Sequence record: SRR20825019_2795
DNA: 52,334 nucleotides
Reading direction: 5' to 3' (one strand)
The notes under the pieces are model-generated. The model searched no databases and was not told the origin of the DNA. It saw only the letters and a list, made by a program, of their open reading frames with translations. Made by a program: the position numbers and the translations under genes. Below are positions 36,491 through 46,069 of this stretch, piece by piece (position 1 is the stretch's first letter; each line of letters opens with the position of its first letter).

Positions 36491-37912
36491 CTACTCGGTT
36501 CTGACAGCAGCTTTTTGATTGCCTCGCCACCAGAGTACAGACGCGAGAATAATCAGACCACTCATAATGCCCGGTAGCCCTTCATATACCGCTGTGTGCC
36601 ACCCAGCAAAGCGCCAGCTCAGTGCCACCGCGAGGCCGACCAGCATGGCGATCACACTGAGTCGCTGGCCGGGTTTGAAGCCCAGCGATAACACTATCAG
36701 TAGTGGGGCAAAGGCACTGGCCAGACCGGACCAGGCAAAAATCACCAGACTGAAAACACTGTCCGAAGCCGTCAATGCCCAGATTAATGCAATAAAAACG
36801 ATGGCGATGGTCGTCAGTTTGAGATAGAGCGTGTTTTCAATACCACGCGGCAACAAATCGTGAGTGACGGCAGCTGAACAGTTAAGTACCAGTGAATCAG
36901 CCGTCGACATAGTGGCAGCAAAAATACCCGCCAGCACCAGACCGACAAACACCGGAGGCAACAACTCCATCGCCATAGTCGGTAGCGCCAGTTCCGCATC
37001 AAAGCCGGCCGGATCTCCACCCAGATAGACCCGGGATAACAACCCGACCCCGGTCGACATAAAATAAAAGGCGGTGAACCAGAGGTAATACCAGATGCGG
37101 GCACGCACCATTCGTCCTGATTCTGCAAGAGCCATAAACCGTATCATCACGTGCGGCTGCCCGATGACAGAAAAGCCCGCAAACATCCAACCCAGGGCGA
37201 ACATCACGCCACCGGCAATGCCAGGCAATATCAAATCATCGGGGAAAAGGTCGAGAAATCCGTCAACCTTGTCCATCTCATGGATGGCGCCATCTAGCCC
37301 CCCCAGAGACATTGTGGCAATCACCAGCATCACCGCCATCGCAATGATCATTACTACCGATTGCGCCGCATCAGTCCAGATAGACGCCCGGATACCGCCG
37401 GCCATACAATACAAAGCCACCATAATGGCGCCCATGACCGCGCCGGCGTAATAAGGCCAGTCGAGTAATACATGCAGGGCTTTACTGCCGGCGACCAGCT
37501 GGGCGCCGGCATAAGCCATAAGAAAAACAAGGGAAATGAGCGCGATCAGTCGCTGCAAAAGGCGGTCATGTTGTCCATACCAGTTGCTTAACACGCCGGC
37601 GTAGCTTGGCTGTGAAGTATCCTGCGTGGCCTGGCGCAAACGTGAATGGATAAAGGTGGAGGCGATGAAGTCGCCGATAATCCAGGACACCATCAGCCAG
37701 ACTGCGGCAAAACCGGTGGCATAGGTGTAGCCGATGACACCAATAAACATGTAACCACTGTTATTGGTGGCTACTGCTGATAAACCGACCAGGCTTGGTG
37801 GAACGTCACTACTGGCCAGATAATAATCTTTCTTTGTGCCGCGGCTGCGTAATACCGAACTGACGCCGATAGCAACAAAAACGGCCAGAAAAGCAAGAAA
37901 ACTCCAGACCAT
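36491..37912 (-). CDS. Sodium/solute (proline-type) symporter, SSS family
   Basis: DYYLA, LSAVATNNSGYMF.G, GG..ASIWTD, GQPH...RFMA, AA.MSTADS. Confidence 0.9.
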   Translation of the reverse strand: MVWSFLAFLAVFVAIGVSSVLRSRGTKKDYYLASSDVPPSLVGLSAVATNNSGYMFIGVIGYTYATGFAAVWLMVSWIIGDFIASTFIHSRLRQATQDTSQPSYAGVLSNWYGQHDRLLQRLIALISLVFLMAYAGAQLVAGSKALHVLLDWPYYAGAVMGAIMVALYCMAGGIRASIWTDAAQSVVMIIAMAVMLVIATMSLGGLDGAIHEMDKVDGFLDLFPDDLILPGIAGGVMFALGWMFAGFSVIGQPHVMIRFMALAESGRMVRARIWYYLWFTAFYFMSTGVGLLSRVYLGGDPAGFDAELALPTMAMELLPPVFVGLVLAGIFAATMSTADSLVLNCSAAVTHDLLPRGIENTLYLKLTTIAIVFIALIWALTASDSVFSLVIFAWSGLASAFAPLLIVLSLGFKPGQRLSVIAMLVGLAVALSWRFAGWHTAVYEGLPGIMSGLIILASVLWWRGNQKAAVRTE

Positions 37913-37948
37913 GATTTACCTTCTTTCAAACCTGGCTGGGACGCTAGC

Positions 37949-38824
37949 TCAGCTATCGTTGCCAGGTTTGAGTATGTCTTCAATACCGGGGTAGGACTGC
38001 AGCGGCGCCAAGGCCGGGTCGTTCTGGCTTTGCTCACGATAAGTCTCACTGCAGCTGACAGCGCGCTGCAGATAATGTACTGCTTCATCATGTTGAGCCA
38101 GCGCTGTATGCGCACAGGCAAGTTGATAGAAAGCATGACCATTCTCCGGGTCGGACTCCAGAGCCTGATGACAAAGATTGATCGCCCATTGTGGTTCGGA
38201 AATTTCCAGTACCGCGTCGGCTTTGTATGTAAGCGCTTCAGTATCGTAGGGACGAATCGCCATGATCTGATCATAAACAGCGATTTTATTGGCGGGATTG
38301 GTTTCCTGACCGGCCCGCAACCACAGCGACTGGACTTCCTGCGTACGCTCGATTTTTTCCCGGTTTTCTTCAATCTGCTGGGTTTCTTTACTCAGCTGCT
38401 GCTCGATAGCACGCAGACGCTGTTCATACTCAGTCACCAGACTGTTGATTTCCTGGTCCGCCAAAGTATGCACACGCTCTTTGATTTCTCGAATCGAAGA
38501 CCAACCGACGAGAACCAGAATCGAAGAGGCTGCGGCAATCAGATAGAAGAAATAGGTCACCGTATTCGTGGCGTAACTGACCGCTTTATCGACGGCAGAC
38601 AATTCGCGGTCAACCATCATCTGGATCAATTCAGCCCGGTTAGCGGCTATTTCAGTGCGTAGGGATTTCAGCTCATCGAGCACGTAACGCTCAATAAACG
38701 GGCTGTAGAGCGGCTCTTCTAACTGCTCTACCTGCGCTTCCATTTGAACCTGTTCAGCCGTTTCAGCAGCAATTAGCTGAAACGGCAACAGGCTGAGACA
38801 TATCGCAATCAGGATGCGAGACAT
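37949..38824 (-). CDS. Membrane-anchored coiled-coil/TPR protein
   Basis: Signal peptide, one TM (YFFYLIAAASSILVLVGW), coiled coil, C-terminal TPR repeats (AFYQLACA); start overlaps the ask stop. Confidence 0.8.
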   Translation of the reverse strand: MSRILIAICLSLLPFQLIAAETAEQVQMEAQVEQLEEPLYSPFIERYVLDELKSLRTEIAANRAELIQMMVDRELSAVDKAVSYATNTVTYFFYLIAAASSILVLVGWSSIREIKERVHTLADQEINSLVTEYEQRLRAIEQQLSKETQQIEENREKIERTQEVQSLWLRAGQETNPANKIAVYDQIMAIRPYDTEALTYKADAVLEISEPQWAINLCHQALESDPENGHAFYQLACAHTALAQHDEAVHYLQRAVSCSETYREQSQNDPALAPLQSYPGIEDILKPGNDS

Positions 38825-40251
38825 ATGGCTTTACCGTGATCATGAATTTCAACCAGTACACTATGCAGACTTTTGATGGCGTTGTCATAATCGCCTTCAT
38901 CAATAATAAACTGCATATCGACCTGACGCATAGACTGGTGCATAGCCAGCACGGAGATATTCTCTCTGGCCAGCGAGCCTACCGTTTTCGCCAGGATACC
39001 TGGAATTTTCATGTCGCTGCCAATCGCCGAGACGATAGCAACCTTTTGCTGATTAATTTCAGCATCGGCAAAGCGTTCTTCCAGCGCATTACGAATACGC
39101 TTGATAGTTTTCAGGTTGGTGGACAGGTAATGGGTGATGGTATTGGCGTTGATATCCTTGGAAATGATATGCGCCTTGAAGCGGCGGATCATCGCCAGAA
39201 TCTCACGATCATAATCAGCAATATTGCCTGCCATATCCTGATCAAACAATTCAAAGGCATAGACGCCTTTACAACCGGCAATGATCTCCACACAAGGGTC
39301 CACACTGACATAGTCACCGGTGATCAGTGTGCCGGCATGCTCCGGCTCAAAGGTATTACGTACACGCAATGGGATGTCATTGCGGCGCAGCCCTTTCGCA
39401 GCCTTGGGATGAATCGCTTCCATACCCAGATTAGCAAGCTGATCAGCCACATCATAATTGGTACGGCCGATGGGAACTGCATTATCTTCGCCTACCAGAC
39501 GTGGGTCAGCACTGCTCAAGTGAAACTCTTTGTGAATGATCGCTTCATTGGCTTCCGTCAATACCGCAATGCGGCTGAAGGTCATTTCGCTATAGCCTCT
39601 GTCGAACGTCGACATCAGACCATCATCGCTGTGAGCATAGCCGGTCACAATAGGCAGTTGTTTACCTAAGTCGATTTCAGCAAATGCGCGTTTGATGCGT
39701 TCATCCAATGGAATGTGTTTATCTGTCTGCCAAGCTGTTAAGTCAACAAATTTGGCATCGATGCCATCTCGCTGGAGCAGTTGTGCCGTGTTCCAGGCAC
39801 TGTGAGCTTCACCAATACTGGCCAGCATTTCACGCACCGTTTCCAGGTGCATATCCAGCTCGAAATGACCATGTTGGCAAAGTCGGTGCAGGTCCGCCAG
39901 ACAACGCTCGGCGTCATCCAACCGCTCACCGATAAAGTTATTGGCACGCTCAAGGTTGGCTTTTTTCTTGTAAAAGCTGGCATTGATATCAAACATTTTC
40001 TGCTTGAGTTGATGCAAGGCATCGCGCCAGCTGTCATCCTCTTCACCATTCGCAAACAGGCCATAGACACCCGGCTGCCCGCTTTTTTTATGTTCAAGCA
40101 GCATGTCGGTCATGCCGCCGTAGGCAGAGACCACAAAAATTCGGTTGTAGATTGAGTCGTTATGTACCGGTTTGAGAATAATATTATCGCGCACTGCCTC
40201 ATAATCGCTCATTGACGTGCCGCCGATTTTTTCTACCGTGTGAAAACTCAT
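38809..40251 (-). CDS. ask: Ectoine-associated aspartate kinase
   Basis: HTVEKIGGTSM, FVVSAYGG.T..LLEHKK, FDRGYSE, IHKEFHLSSADP. Start ATG at 40251. Confidence 0.96.
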   Translation of the reverse strand: MSFHTVEKIGGTSMSDYEAVRDNIILKPVHNDSIYNRIFVVSAYGGMTDMLLEHKKSGQPGVYGLFANGEEDDSWRDALHQLKQKMFDINASFYKKKANLERANNFIGERLDDAERCLADLHRLCQHGHFELDMHLETVREMLASIGEAHSAWNTAQLLQRDGIDAKFVDLTAWQTDKHIPLDERIKRAFAEIDLGKQLPIVTGYAHSDDGLMSTFDRGYSEMTFSRIAVLTEANEAIIHKEFHLSSADPRLVGEDNAVPIGRTNYDVADQLANLGMEAIHPKAAKGLRRNDIPLRVRNTFEPEHAGTLITGDYVSVDPCVEIIAGCKGVYAFELFDQDMAGNIADYDREILAMIRRFKAHIISKDINANTITHYLSTNLKTIKRIRNALEERFADAEINQQKVAIVSAIGSDMKIPGILAKTVGSLARENISVLAMHQSMRQVDMQFIIDEGDYDNAIKSLHSVLVEIHDHGKAICLAS

Positions 40252-40359
40252 TATTTTCTCTCTGGTTATCCTTTTGTTGATGACCCGACAGATCATGCGA
40301 CCGGACAGCGTCATTGCTGACCGGTCGTCGGGTTTAGCCCGTATTAATGCGGCTCTGGC

Positions 40360-40764
40360 TCAGTCGGCGATAGCATCCGCCGTCAGTTCATAAGCACCAT
40401 CTTTGTTGTGGACTTCGTTACCAATCAATGGTGGGTTGAAGACACAAGCCAGCTTTAACTCTTTGAAAGCACGCAGGGTATGGCGGTCGTGCTTATCGAG
40501 GTTATAAAGCGTGCCAGGGCTGATGGGATATTTTTTCCCGTCATCCAGGGTTTCTACTTCGCCTTCGCCACTGATGCAGTAAACCGATTCCAGATGGTTC
40601 TGATAATGCATCTGAAAATCAGCACCTTCATAAATCGTGGTGATATGGAATGAATATCCCATATTGTCGTCTTTCAGCAGCAGACGGGTACTGTCCCAGT
40701 TACCCTTGGGATCATAGATCTTACGGGTGGTTCTCTCTGCATCCTGAAGTTGTCTGACGAGCAT
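40360..40764 (-). CDS. ectC: Ectoine synthase
   Basis: [39 protein letters not shown]. Confidence 0.98.
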   Translation of the reverse strand: MLVRQLQDAERTTRKIYDPKGNWDSTRLLLKDDNMGYSFHITTIYEGADFQMHYQNHLESVYCISGEGEVETLDDGKKYPISPGTLYNLDKHDRHTLRAFKELKLACVFNPPLIGNEVHNKDGAYELTADAIAD

Positions 40765-40845
40765 GTTTATTCCTCTTAAAGTTGATTATCTATATGAAAA
40801 AGGATGGGGGGCGGGAGACATTGCCCCCCGCCCGGGCAATCATTC

Positions 40846-42180
40846 TTAAGGACGAGCCATCTTCTCGACTTCTTCGCTGACGGAGTAATCGCCTTCAAAG
40901 TAGTCTTTTTCTTCAGGAATCGAATCTGCTTTATCACAGATTTCGCGAATGGCTTCTTCCAGAATATTGATACCTTTTTCCAGATTTTCCTGAGTAATTG
41001 TCAGTGGACACAGGAATTTAACGACATGGTCTTCCGTACCACTGGTTTCAATGATCAGACCTTTCTGGAATGCGCTATGTGTTATCGCGCTGGCCAACTC
41101 ACCGCTGACACAGTTGATACCACGGAACATACCGCGACCGTGTGAGTTGAAGTTACCTTCACCGTATTTCTCAACAATCTTGTCGACACGCTGGGCGATG
41201 TAATCACCTTTTGCCTGAACTTCCTTGGCAAATTTGTCATCTTTCCAGTAATGGTCGATCGCTGCTTTGGCAGTGATAAATGCCGGGTTGTTACCACGGA
41301 AAGTACCGTTATGCTCACCCGGCTTCCACTGGTCAAGTTCCGGTTTCATTAACACGATGGCAAATGGCAGACCGTAACCACTCAGTGATTTGGACACCGT
41401 TACGATATCTGGATAAATACCGGCTTCTTCAAAACTGAAGAAAGTACCCGTTCGGCCACAACCCGCCTGAATATCATCGATAATCAGCAGTACATCGTGT
41501 TTCTTACACACTTCTGACAGACTCTTCAACCAGGTCATCGAGCAGGCATTGATACCGCCTTCACCCTGTACAGTTTCGACAATAACCGCTGCAGGCTTAT
41601 CGACACCACTGCTTGAGTCAGACAGAACTTTGTCCAGATAATTGGTCGTATCGACATCATCACCCATATAACCATCATAAGGCATACGGGTTGCGCCAGG
41701 CAGGCTGATGCCCGCACCACCGCGGTGATGACCGTTACCGGTCACTGCCAGTGCACCCAGTGTCTGACCGTGCCAACCGTTGGTGAATGAAATCACATTT
41801 TCACGGCCGGTGTACTTACGTGCGGTCTTCAGTGCCGCTTCCACCGCATTGGTACCGGTCGGACCGGTAAACATAACGATGTAATCAAGATTACGCGGCT
41901 TCAGAATATTTTCATTGAAACTTTCCAGGAACTCACCTTTGGCACGGGTGTGCAGATCCAGGCCCTGGGTAATACCGTCGTTTTCAATGTATTCAAGCAG
42001 CTTGCCCTTAAAATGGGCATTATTGTGGCCATAGTTGAGTGAACCGGCGCCTGCCAGGAAGTCCAGATAGGCGTTGCCCTCTTCATCATAAACGTACTCA
42101 TCCTTGGCACGGTTAAAAATGCGTGGGAAAGATCGCGCGTATGAACGAACTTCCGATTCAATTTCCTCAAAAATTTTCAT
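40846..42180 (-). CDS. ectB: Diaminobutyrate--2-oxoglutarate transaminase
   Basis: [54 protein letters not shown]. Confidence 0.98.
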   Translation of the reverse strand: MKIFEEIESEVRSYARSFPRIFNRAKDEYVYDEEGNAYLDFLAGAGSLNYGHNNAHFKGKLLEYIENDGITQGLDLHTRAKGEFLESFNENILKPRNLDYIVMFTGPTGTNAVEAALKTARKYTGRENVISFTNGWHGQTLGALAVTGNGHHRGGAGISLPGATRMPYDGYMGDDVDTTNYLDKVLSDSSSGVDKPAAVIVETVQGEGGINACSMTWLKSLSEVCKKHDVLLIIDDIQAGCGRTGTFFSFEEAGIYPDIVTVSKSLSGYGLPFAIVLMKPELDQWKPGEHNGTFRGNNPAFITAKAAIDHYWKDDKFAKEVQAKGDYIAQRVDKIVEKYGEGNFNSHGRGMFRGINCVSGELASAITHSAFQKGLIIETSGTEDHVVKFLCPLTITQENLEKGINILEEAIREICDKADSIPEEKDYFEGDYSVSEEVEKMARP

Positions 42181-42236
42181 GGTTTTGATGTCTCCTGATA
42201 ATGGTTTGTCGGTGCCCGATTGCTGTCATGCAAGTC

Positions 42237-42743
42237 TTATTGGATGGGACCGATTCTGACCAGCATTTCCGTTTCGTGCTGGCCTGCAAAATGTTGCTGG
42301 CGATCAAACATCACTGTGTGATTGAGCTCTGCGCCCAGTTTGTTTGCCAGACTTTCAAATAATGCCCATGACGCCCGGTTATCCGGGGTAATAGTGGTTT
42401 CGATAAATTTAATCTGACCTTCCTGTTGCCGCGACAGAATGTCGCGCAACATGCGACCGGCCAGGCCCTGTCCACGGGCTTTTTCACCGACAGCAACCTG
42501 CCAGATAAACAGTGTGTCGGTGTCATCCGGCTGAATGTAACCGGAGATAAACCCAACAATTTCACCGTCTTTTTCTGCGGCCACTGAAGTGGCGGAGAAA
42601 TGGGTGCACTGAAGCAGATTGCAATACATGGAGTTGGTATCCAGTGGTGGGCACTGGGCGATGAGTTCGTACACCGCGGCACCGTCTTCGGCCGCAGGGG
42701 CACGCAAAGTAATCGGGGCAGCGTCAGCTTGTGCGAGATTCAT
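42237..42743 (-). CDS. ectA: Diaminobutyrate acetyltransferase
   Basis: CPPLD.NS.YCN, F.WQVAV...ARGQGLA, ETTIT.DN.ASW.LF. Confidence 0.98.
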   Translation of the reverse strand: MNLAQADAAPITLRAPAAEDGAAVYELIAQCPPLDTNSMYCNLLQCTHFSATSVAAEKDGEIVGFISGYIQPDDTDTLFIWQVAVGEKARGQGLAGRMLRDILSRQQEGQIKFIETTITPDNRASWALFESLANKLGAELNHTVMFDRQQHFAGQHETEMLVRIGPIQ

Positions 42744-42866
42744 TTTATAAATAACTCTATTTATTTATACATCTATTGATTTAAATTCAGAAAAAAAACG
42801 AATAAACAAATTCAACATATTGATATTGAAAACTATTGCAGTAGCCTGGCAAGTTTGATGCCGAGT

Positions 42867-42913
42867 TGTTTAGACGTCTAAATATATAGTACACTAAACA
42901 AATAAAAAGTCCA
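42867..42913 (-). promoter_or_regulatory. ectA sigma70 promoter with tandem EctR operators
   Basis: -35 TGGACT (42913-42908), 16 nt, -10 TACTAT (42891-42886). Operator TGTTTAGT-GT-ACTATATA (42900-42883) is one mismatch from the EctR1 site I recall for Methylomicrobium alcaliphilum; second palindrome TGTTTAGA-CG-TCTAAATA (42867-42884). Confidence 0.82.
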
Positions 42914-42942
42914 GTCCTAACAATGAATCGTATTTACTATAG

Positions 42943-43380
42943 ATGTCAGAACAATTACATAAAGAACAGTGGTTATGCTTCCAGATAGAGGAAGAAACCT
43001 ACGCTCACCCGGTCAACCAGGTCAGGGAAATTCTGGACTATCTGGCACCGGTCCCCGTGCCGGGCTCGCAATCCTGTGTTGAGGGCATCCTTAATGTCAG
43101 AGGGGAAATCGTCACAATAGTCTCCAGCAAGCATTTACTGGGACTGAATCAGGCATCCAGAGACAGTGAACACATTATTGTTCTGGAGACCAGTGCCGGT
43201 CTGGTGGGTATCACAGTCGATGAGGTTGAGAAAATCAGCCTGCTTGCTAACGACGATATGATGCCGGTCGATCGCAACCATACCACCAGCCCCGTCAAAG
43301 GCACGATTAATCATGATGATCAGCTGCTGATTCTGACGGACTTCGAGCGTTGCATTAACGAATTGGAAAATTATGAGTAA
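42943..43380 (+). CDS. CheW-domain protein
   Basis: WL.F....E.YA..V..V.EI, VPG....VEG.LN.RG.IV, G..VD.V pattern. Confidence 0.85.
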   Translation: MSEQLHKEQWLCFQIEEETYAHPVNQVREILDYLAPVPVPGSQSCVEGILNVRGEIVTIVSSKHLLGLNQASRDSEHIIVLETSAGLVGITVDEVEKISLLANDDMMPVDRNHTTSPVKGTINHDDQLLILTDFERCINELENYE

Positions 43381-43963
43381 AACTATCGGCTTAAATCTGG
43401 ACGCGGTTTATAATCTCGATCTGAATAAAGAACAAAAGGATCACCTGTTGAACCAGATTGAAGAAGTGTTGATTGCGCTGCGCCGGGTTATCCGGGCCAC
43501 TGATCTGCACTCTAAATACCTCGCCAAGACCACCAGCCTCACTGCGCCCCAGATATTGCTATTACAGACCCTGCGCGATAAGGGTCAGATCACCATTGGT
43601 GAACTGGCACAGGAGGTCAGTCTGAGTCAGGCCACCGTAACCACGATTCTGGATCGGCTGGAAAAACGAAAACTGGTTTACCGGCAACGTTCTGAAACCG
43701 ATAAACGTAAAGTGCACGCCTATCTGACCGATGCGGCGCTGGAGATCCTGAAAAACGCCCCCATTCCACTGCAGGAGCAGTTTACCCGCCAGTTCGGTGA
43801 TTTACAGGAATGGGAGCAGACCATGATTATCTCCGCACTCAAACGGGTAGCGCAGATGATGGATGCCCAGCATATCGACGCATCACCGGTGCTCGATATC
43901 GGCTTGCTTGACCGTCAGGATACCGTGGTCGAAAAGCACGCTGCCTATGCGGATGATGATTGA
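43373..43963 (+). CDS. ectR: MarR-family repressor of the ectoine operon
   Basis: VLIALRR.IRATDLHSK.L, LT.PQ, SLSQAT.T.ILDRLE, D.R.V, LQEQF; divergent from ectA. Confidence 0.9.
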   Translation: MSKTIGLNLDAVYNLDLNKEQKDHLLNQIEEVLIALRRVIRATDLHSKYLAKTTSLTAPQILLLQTLRDKGQITIGELAQEVSLSQATVTTILDRLEKRKLVYRQRSETDKRKVHAYLTDAALEILKNAPIPLQEQFTRQFGDLQEWEQTMIISALKRVAQMMDAQHIDASPVLDIGLLDRQDTVVEKHAAYADDD

Positions 43964-43969
43964 TACACT

Positions 43970-46069
43970 TCAAGCCCGGGTCAGTAATTCGCTGACCTTG
44001 GCAACCGGCATCGGTCTATTGAAATAAAAACCCTGAAACTCTTCACAGCCCATCTTTAACAACAGCTCAGCCTGCGCCTGAGTTTCCACGCCTTCAGCAA
44101 TCGTCGATAAATTGAGATTATTGGCTAACTGCACAATGGTTTGTGCAATAGCAGCATCTTTGCGATTAAACACAATATCCTCAACAAAAGAACGATCAAT
44201 TTTCAGCGTATCAATCGGGAAATTCTTTAGATAACTCATCGAGGAATACCCGGTACCGAAATCATCTATCGCCAGGCGAACCCCGGTTTTCTTCAGTGCA
44301 AACAGTAAAGGGATGGTCTCGGCCACATCACGCAGCATCGCCGTTTCGGTAATTTCCAGTTCCAGAGTTTCTGCAGGTAACTGTGTTTGTTCCAGTGTTT
44401 TCCTCACCCGTTCAGGCAGATAGTTCTGATTAAACTGGAGCGCTGAGAGATTAATTGCCACCCGGTACGCGCAACCCAGATCCACTTGCCACTGATGCAC
44501 CTGCTGACAGGCCTGCATCATGACCCAGTCCCCAATCGGCAGAATTAAACCGGTGGACTCGGCGATATCGATAAAACTGTCCGGCGTCAGTAATCCTTTT
44601 GCCGGGTGGCGCCAGCGCAGCAAAGCCTCGAAACCGACTATCTTCTCGCTACGGGCATGATACTGAGGTTGATAATAGAGCTCGAACTGCTGCTCTTTAA
44701 GCGCGATACGCAGATCATGTTCCATCTCCATTCTGAGCTTGAGATAGTTATTCATGCTCTCGGAGAAGAACTGGTAATTATTTCGCCCCACTTGCTTGGC
44801 ATGATACATCGCCACATCCGCATGCTGGAGCAATACCTGGACGTTATGGCCATCTGTCGGGAATACCGTAATGCCGATACTGACAGTGACATAAAGCGGT
44901 GTATCACCAATCACAAAGGGCTGGGAGAATGTCTCAATAAGGCGGTTGGCAATATCGGCGATATCATCGACTTTATCTACGTCATCCAGCAGTACAGTGA
45001 ACTCATCACCGGCCAGGCGGGCAACGCGATTGTCACTTTCCAAACTGAGTTTGGCCACCAGATCCGAATCACGGACGCATTCACGAATTCTGGCAGAAGC
45101 CTGACACAATAACTCATCGCCGACATGATGGCCGTAGGTGTCATTAACGTGTTTGAAACGGTCCAAATCCAGGAACATCAGGGTAAAGCGCCGCTGATGA
45201 CGTCGGGCGCTGGCAATCGTCGTTTCCAGTTGTTCGATAAATAAACGCCGGTTGGGCAGGTCAGTCAGCGTGTCATAGTAAGCGTAGTAAGTGATTTCCT
45301 GTTCAGACTGTTTGAGCGCGGTAATATCATGCAAGGTACCGACAATACGCCACTGGCCGAATTCGAAATTGATGTCGGTCTTTTCGTTGACAAACAACAT
45401 ATGACCGTCAGGACGCTGCACGCGATATTCAATGTCATAGGGCTTTTTATCCTTTATCGCCAGCCGCACGGTTCTCATAAAACGACTGCGATCATCAGGA
45501 TGTATTAAAGCCAGCAAACGTTTCAGTGTCAGCTTGCCCAGCCTTGGCAGCCCCAGCATATCGAACATATCCGCGGAGCAGTCGATATACTCAGACTGAT
45601 AATCCCACTCCCAGTAAACCAGATGAGCGATTGACTGTGCCTTGGCCAGCTTATTTTTGTTCAGGCTGAGTTCCTGGAGGGTTCGGTTGGCCTTGAGAAT
45701 GTATTTGACGCGGTGATTGAATAAAGGCCATTTAAGCGGCTTGGTCATAAAATCCGTGGCCCCGACCTGAAACGCCTGCTCAATATCCTCGACCTCGTCC
45801 AGCGAGGTGACCATCACGATCGCACAGTCCTGCCCGCGGGGCAGCTGCCGTAACTTCTGGCAGCATTCAAACCCATCCATGCCCGGCATAGAGACATCCA
45901 GCAGCGTCATATCGGGGTTGTATTGATTAAACGCGGCAAGGGCCTCAAGACCATTACTGGCCTCGTGAATATCAAGCTCAATCGTTCTCAGCGATTGTCG
46001 CATCAGCATCCGGGTCACGGGATCATCATCCACGATCAGAACGACTGATTTTCTCGCCGCTTCCTCCAC
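43970..46069 (-). CDS. REC-PAS-GGDEF-EAL c-di-GMP metabolising response regulator
   Basis: VLIVDD...LDVSMP, PAS, D.LT.LPNR, RLAGDEF, FEALLRW, DDFGTGYSS. Confidence 0.93.
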   Translation of the reverse strand: MEEAARKSVVLIVDDDPVTRMLMRQSLRTIELDIHEASNGLEALAAFNQYNPDMTLLDVSMPGMDGFECCQKLRQLPRGQDCAIVMVTSLDEVEDIEQAFQVGATDFMTKPLKWPLFNHRVKYILKANRTLQELSLNKNKLAKAQSIAHLVYWEWDYQSEYIDCSADMFDMLGLPRLGKLTLKRLLALIHPDDRSRFMRTVRLAIKDKKPYDIEYRVQRPDGHMLFVNEKTDINFEFGQWRIVGTLHDITALKQSEQEITYYAYYDTLTDLPNRRLFIEQLETTIASARRHQRRFTLMFLDLDRFKHVNDTYGHHVGDELLCQASARIRECVRDSDLVAKLSLESDNRVARLAGDEFTVLLDDVDKVDDIADIANRLIETFSQPFVIGDTPLYVTVSIGITVFPTDGHNVQVLLQHADVAMYHAKQVGRNNYQFFSESMNNYLKLRMEMEHDLRIALKEQQFELYYQPQYHARSEKIVGFEALLRWRHPAKGLLTPDSFIDIAESTGLILPIGDWVMMQACQQVHQWQVDLGCAYRVAINLSALQFNQNYLPERVRKTLEQTQLPAETLELEITETAMLRDVAETIPLLFALKKTGVRLAIDDFGTGYSSMSYLKNFPIDTLKIDRSFVEDIVFNRKDAAIAQTIVQLANNLNLSTIAEGVETQAQAELLLKMGCEEFQGFYFNRPMPVAKVSELLTRA

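Noticed and set aside
38030-39669. Long plus-strand ORFs 38030..38662 and 38836..39669
   Set aside because: Antisense to the TPR gene and ask, with no recognisable motifs; typical shadow frames.
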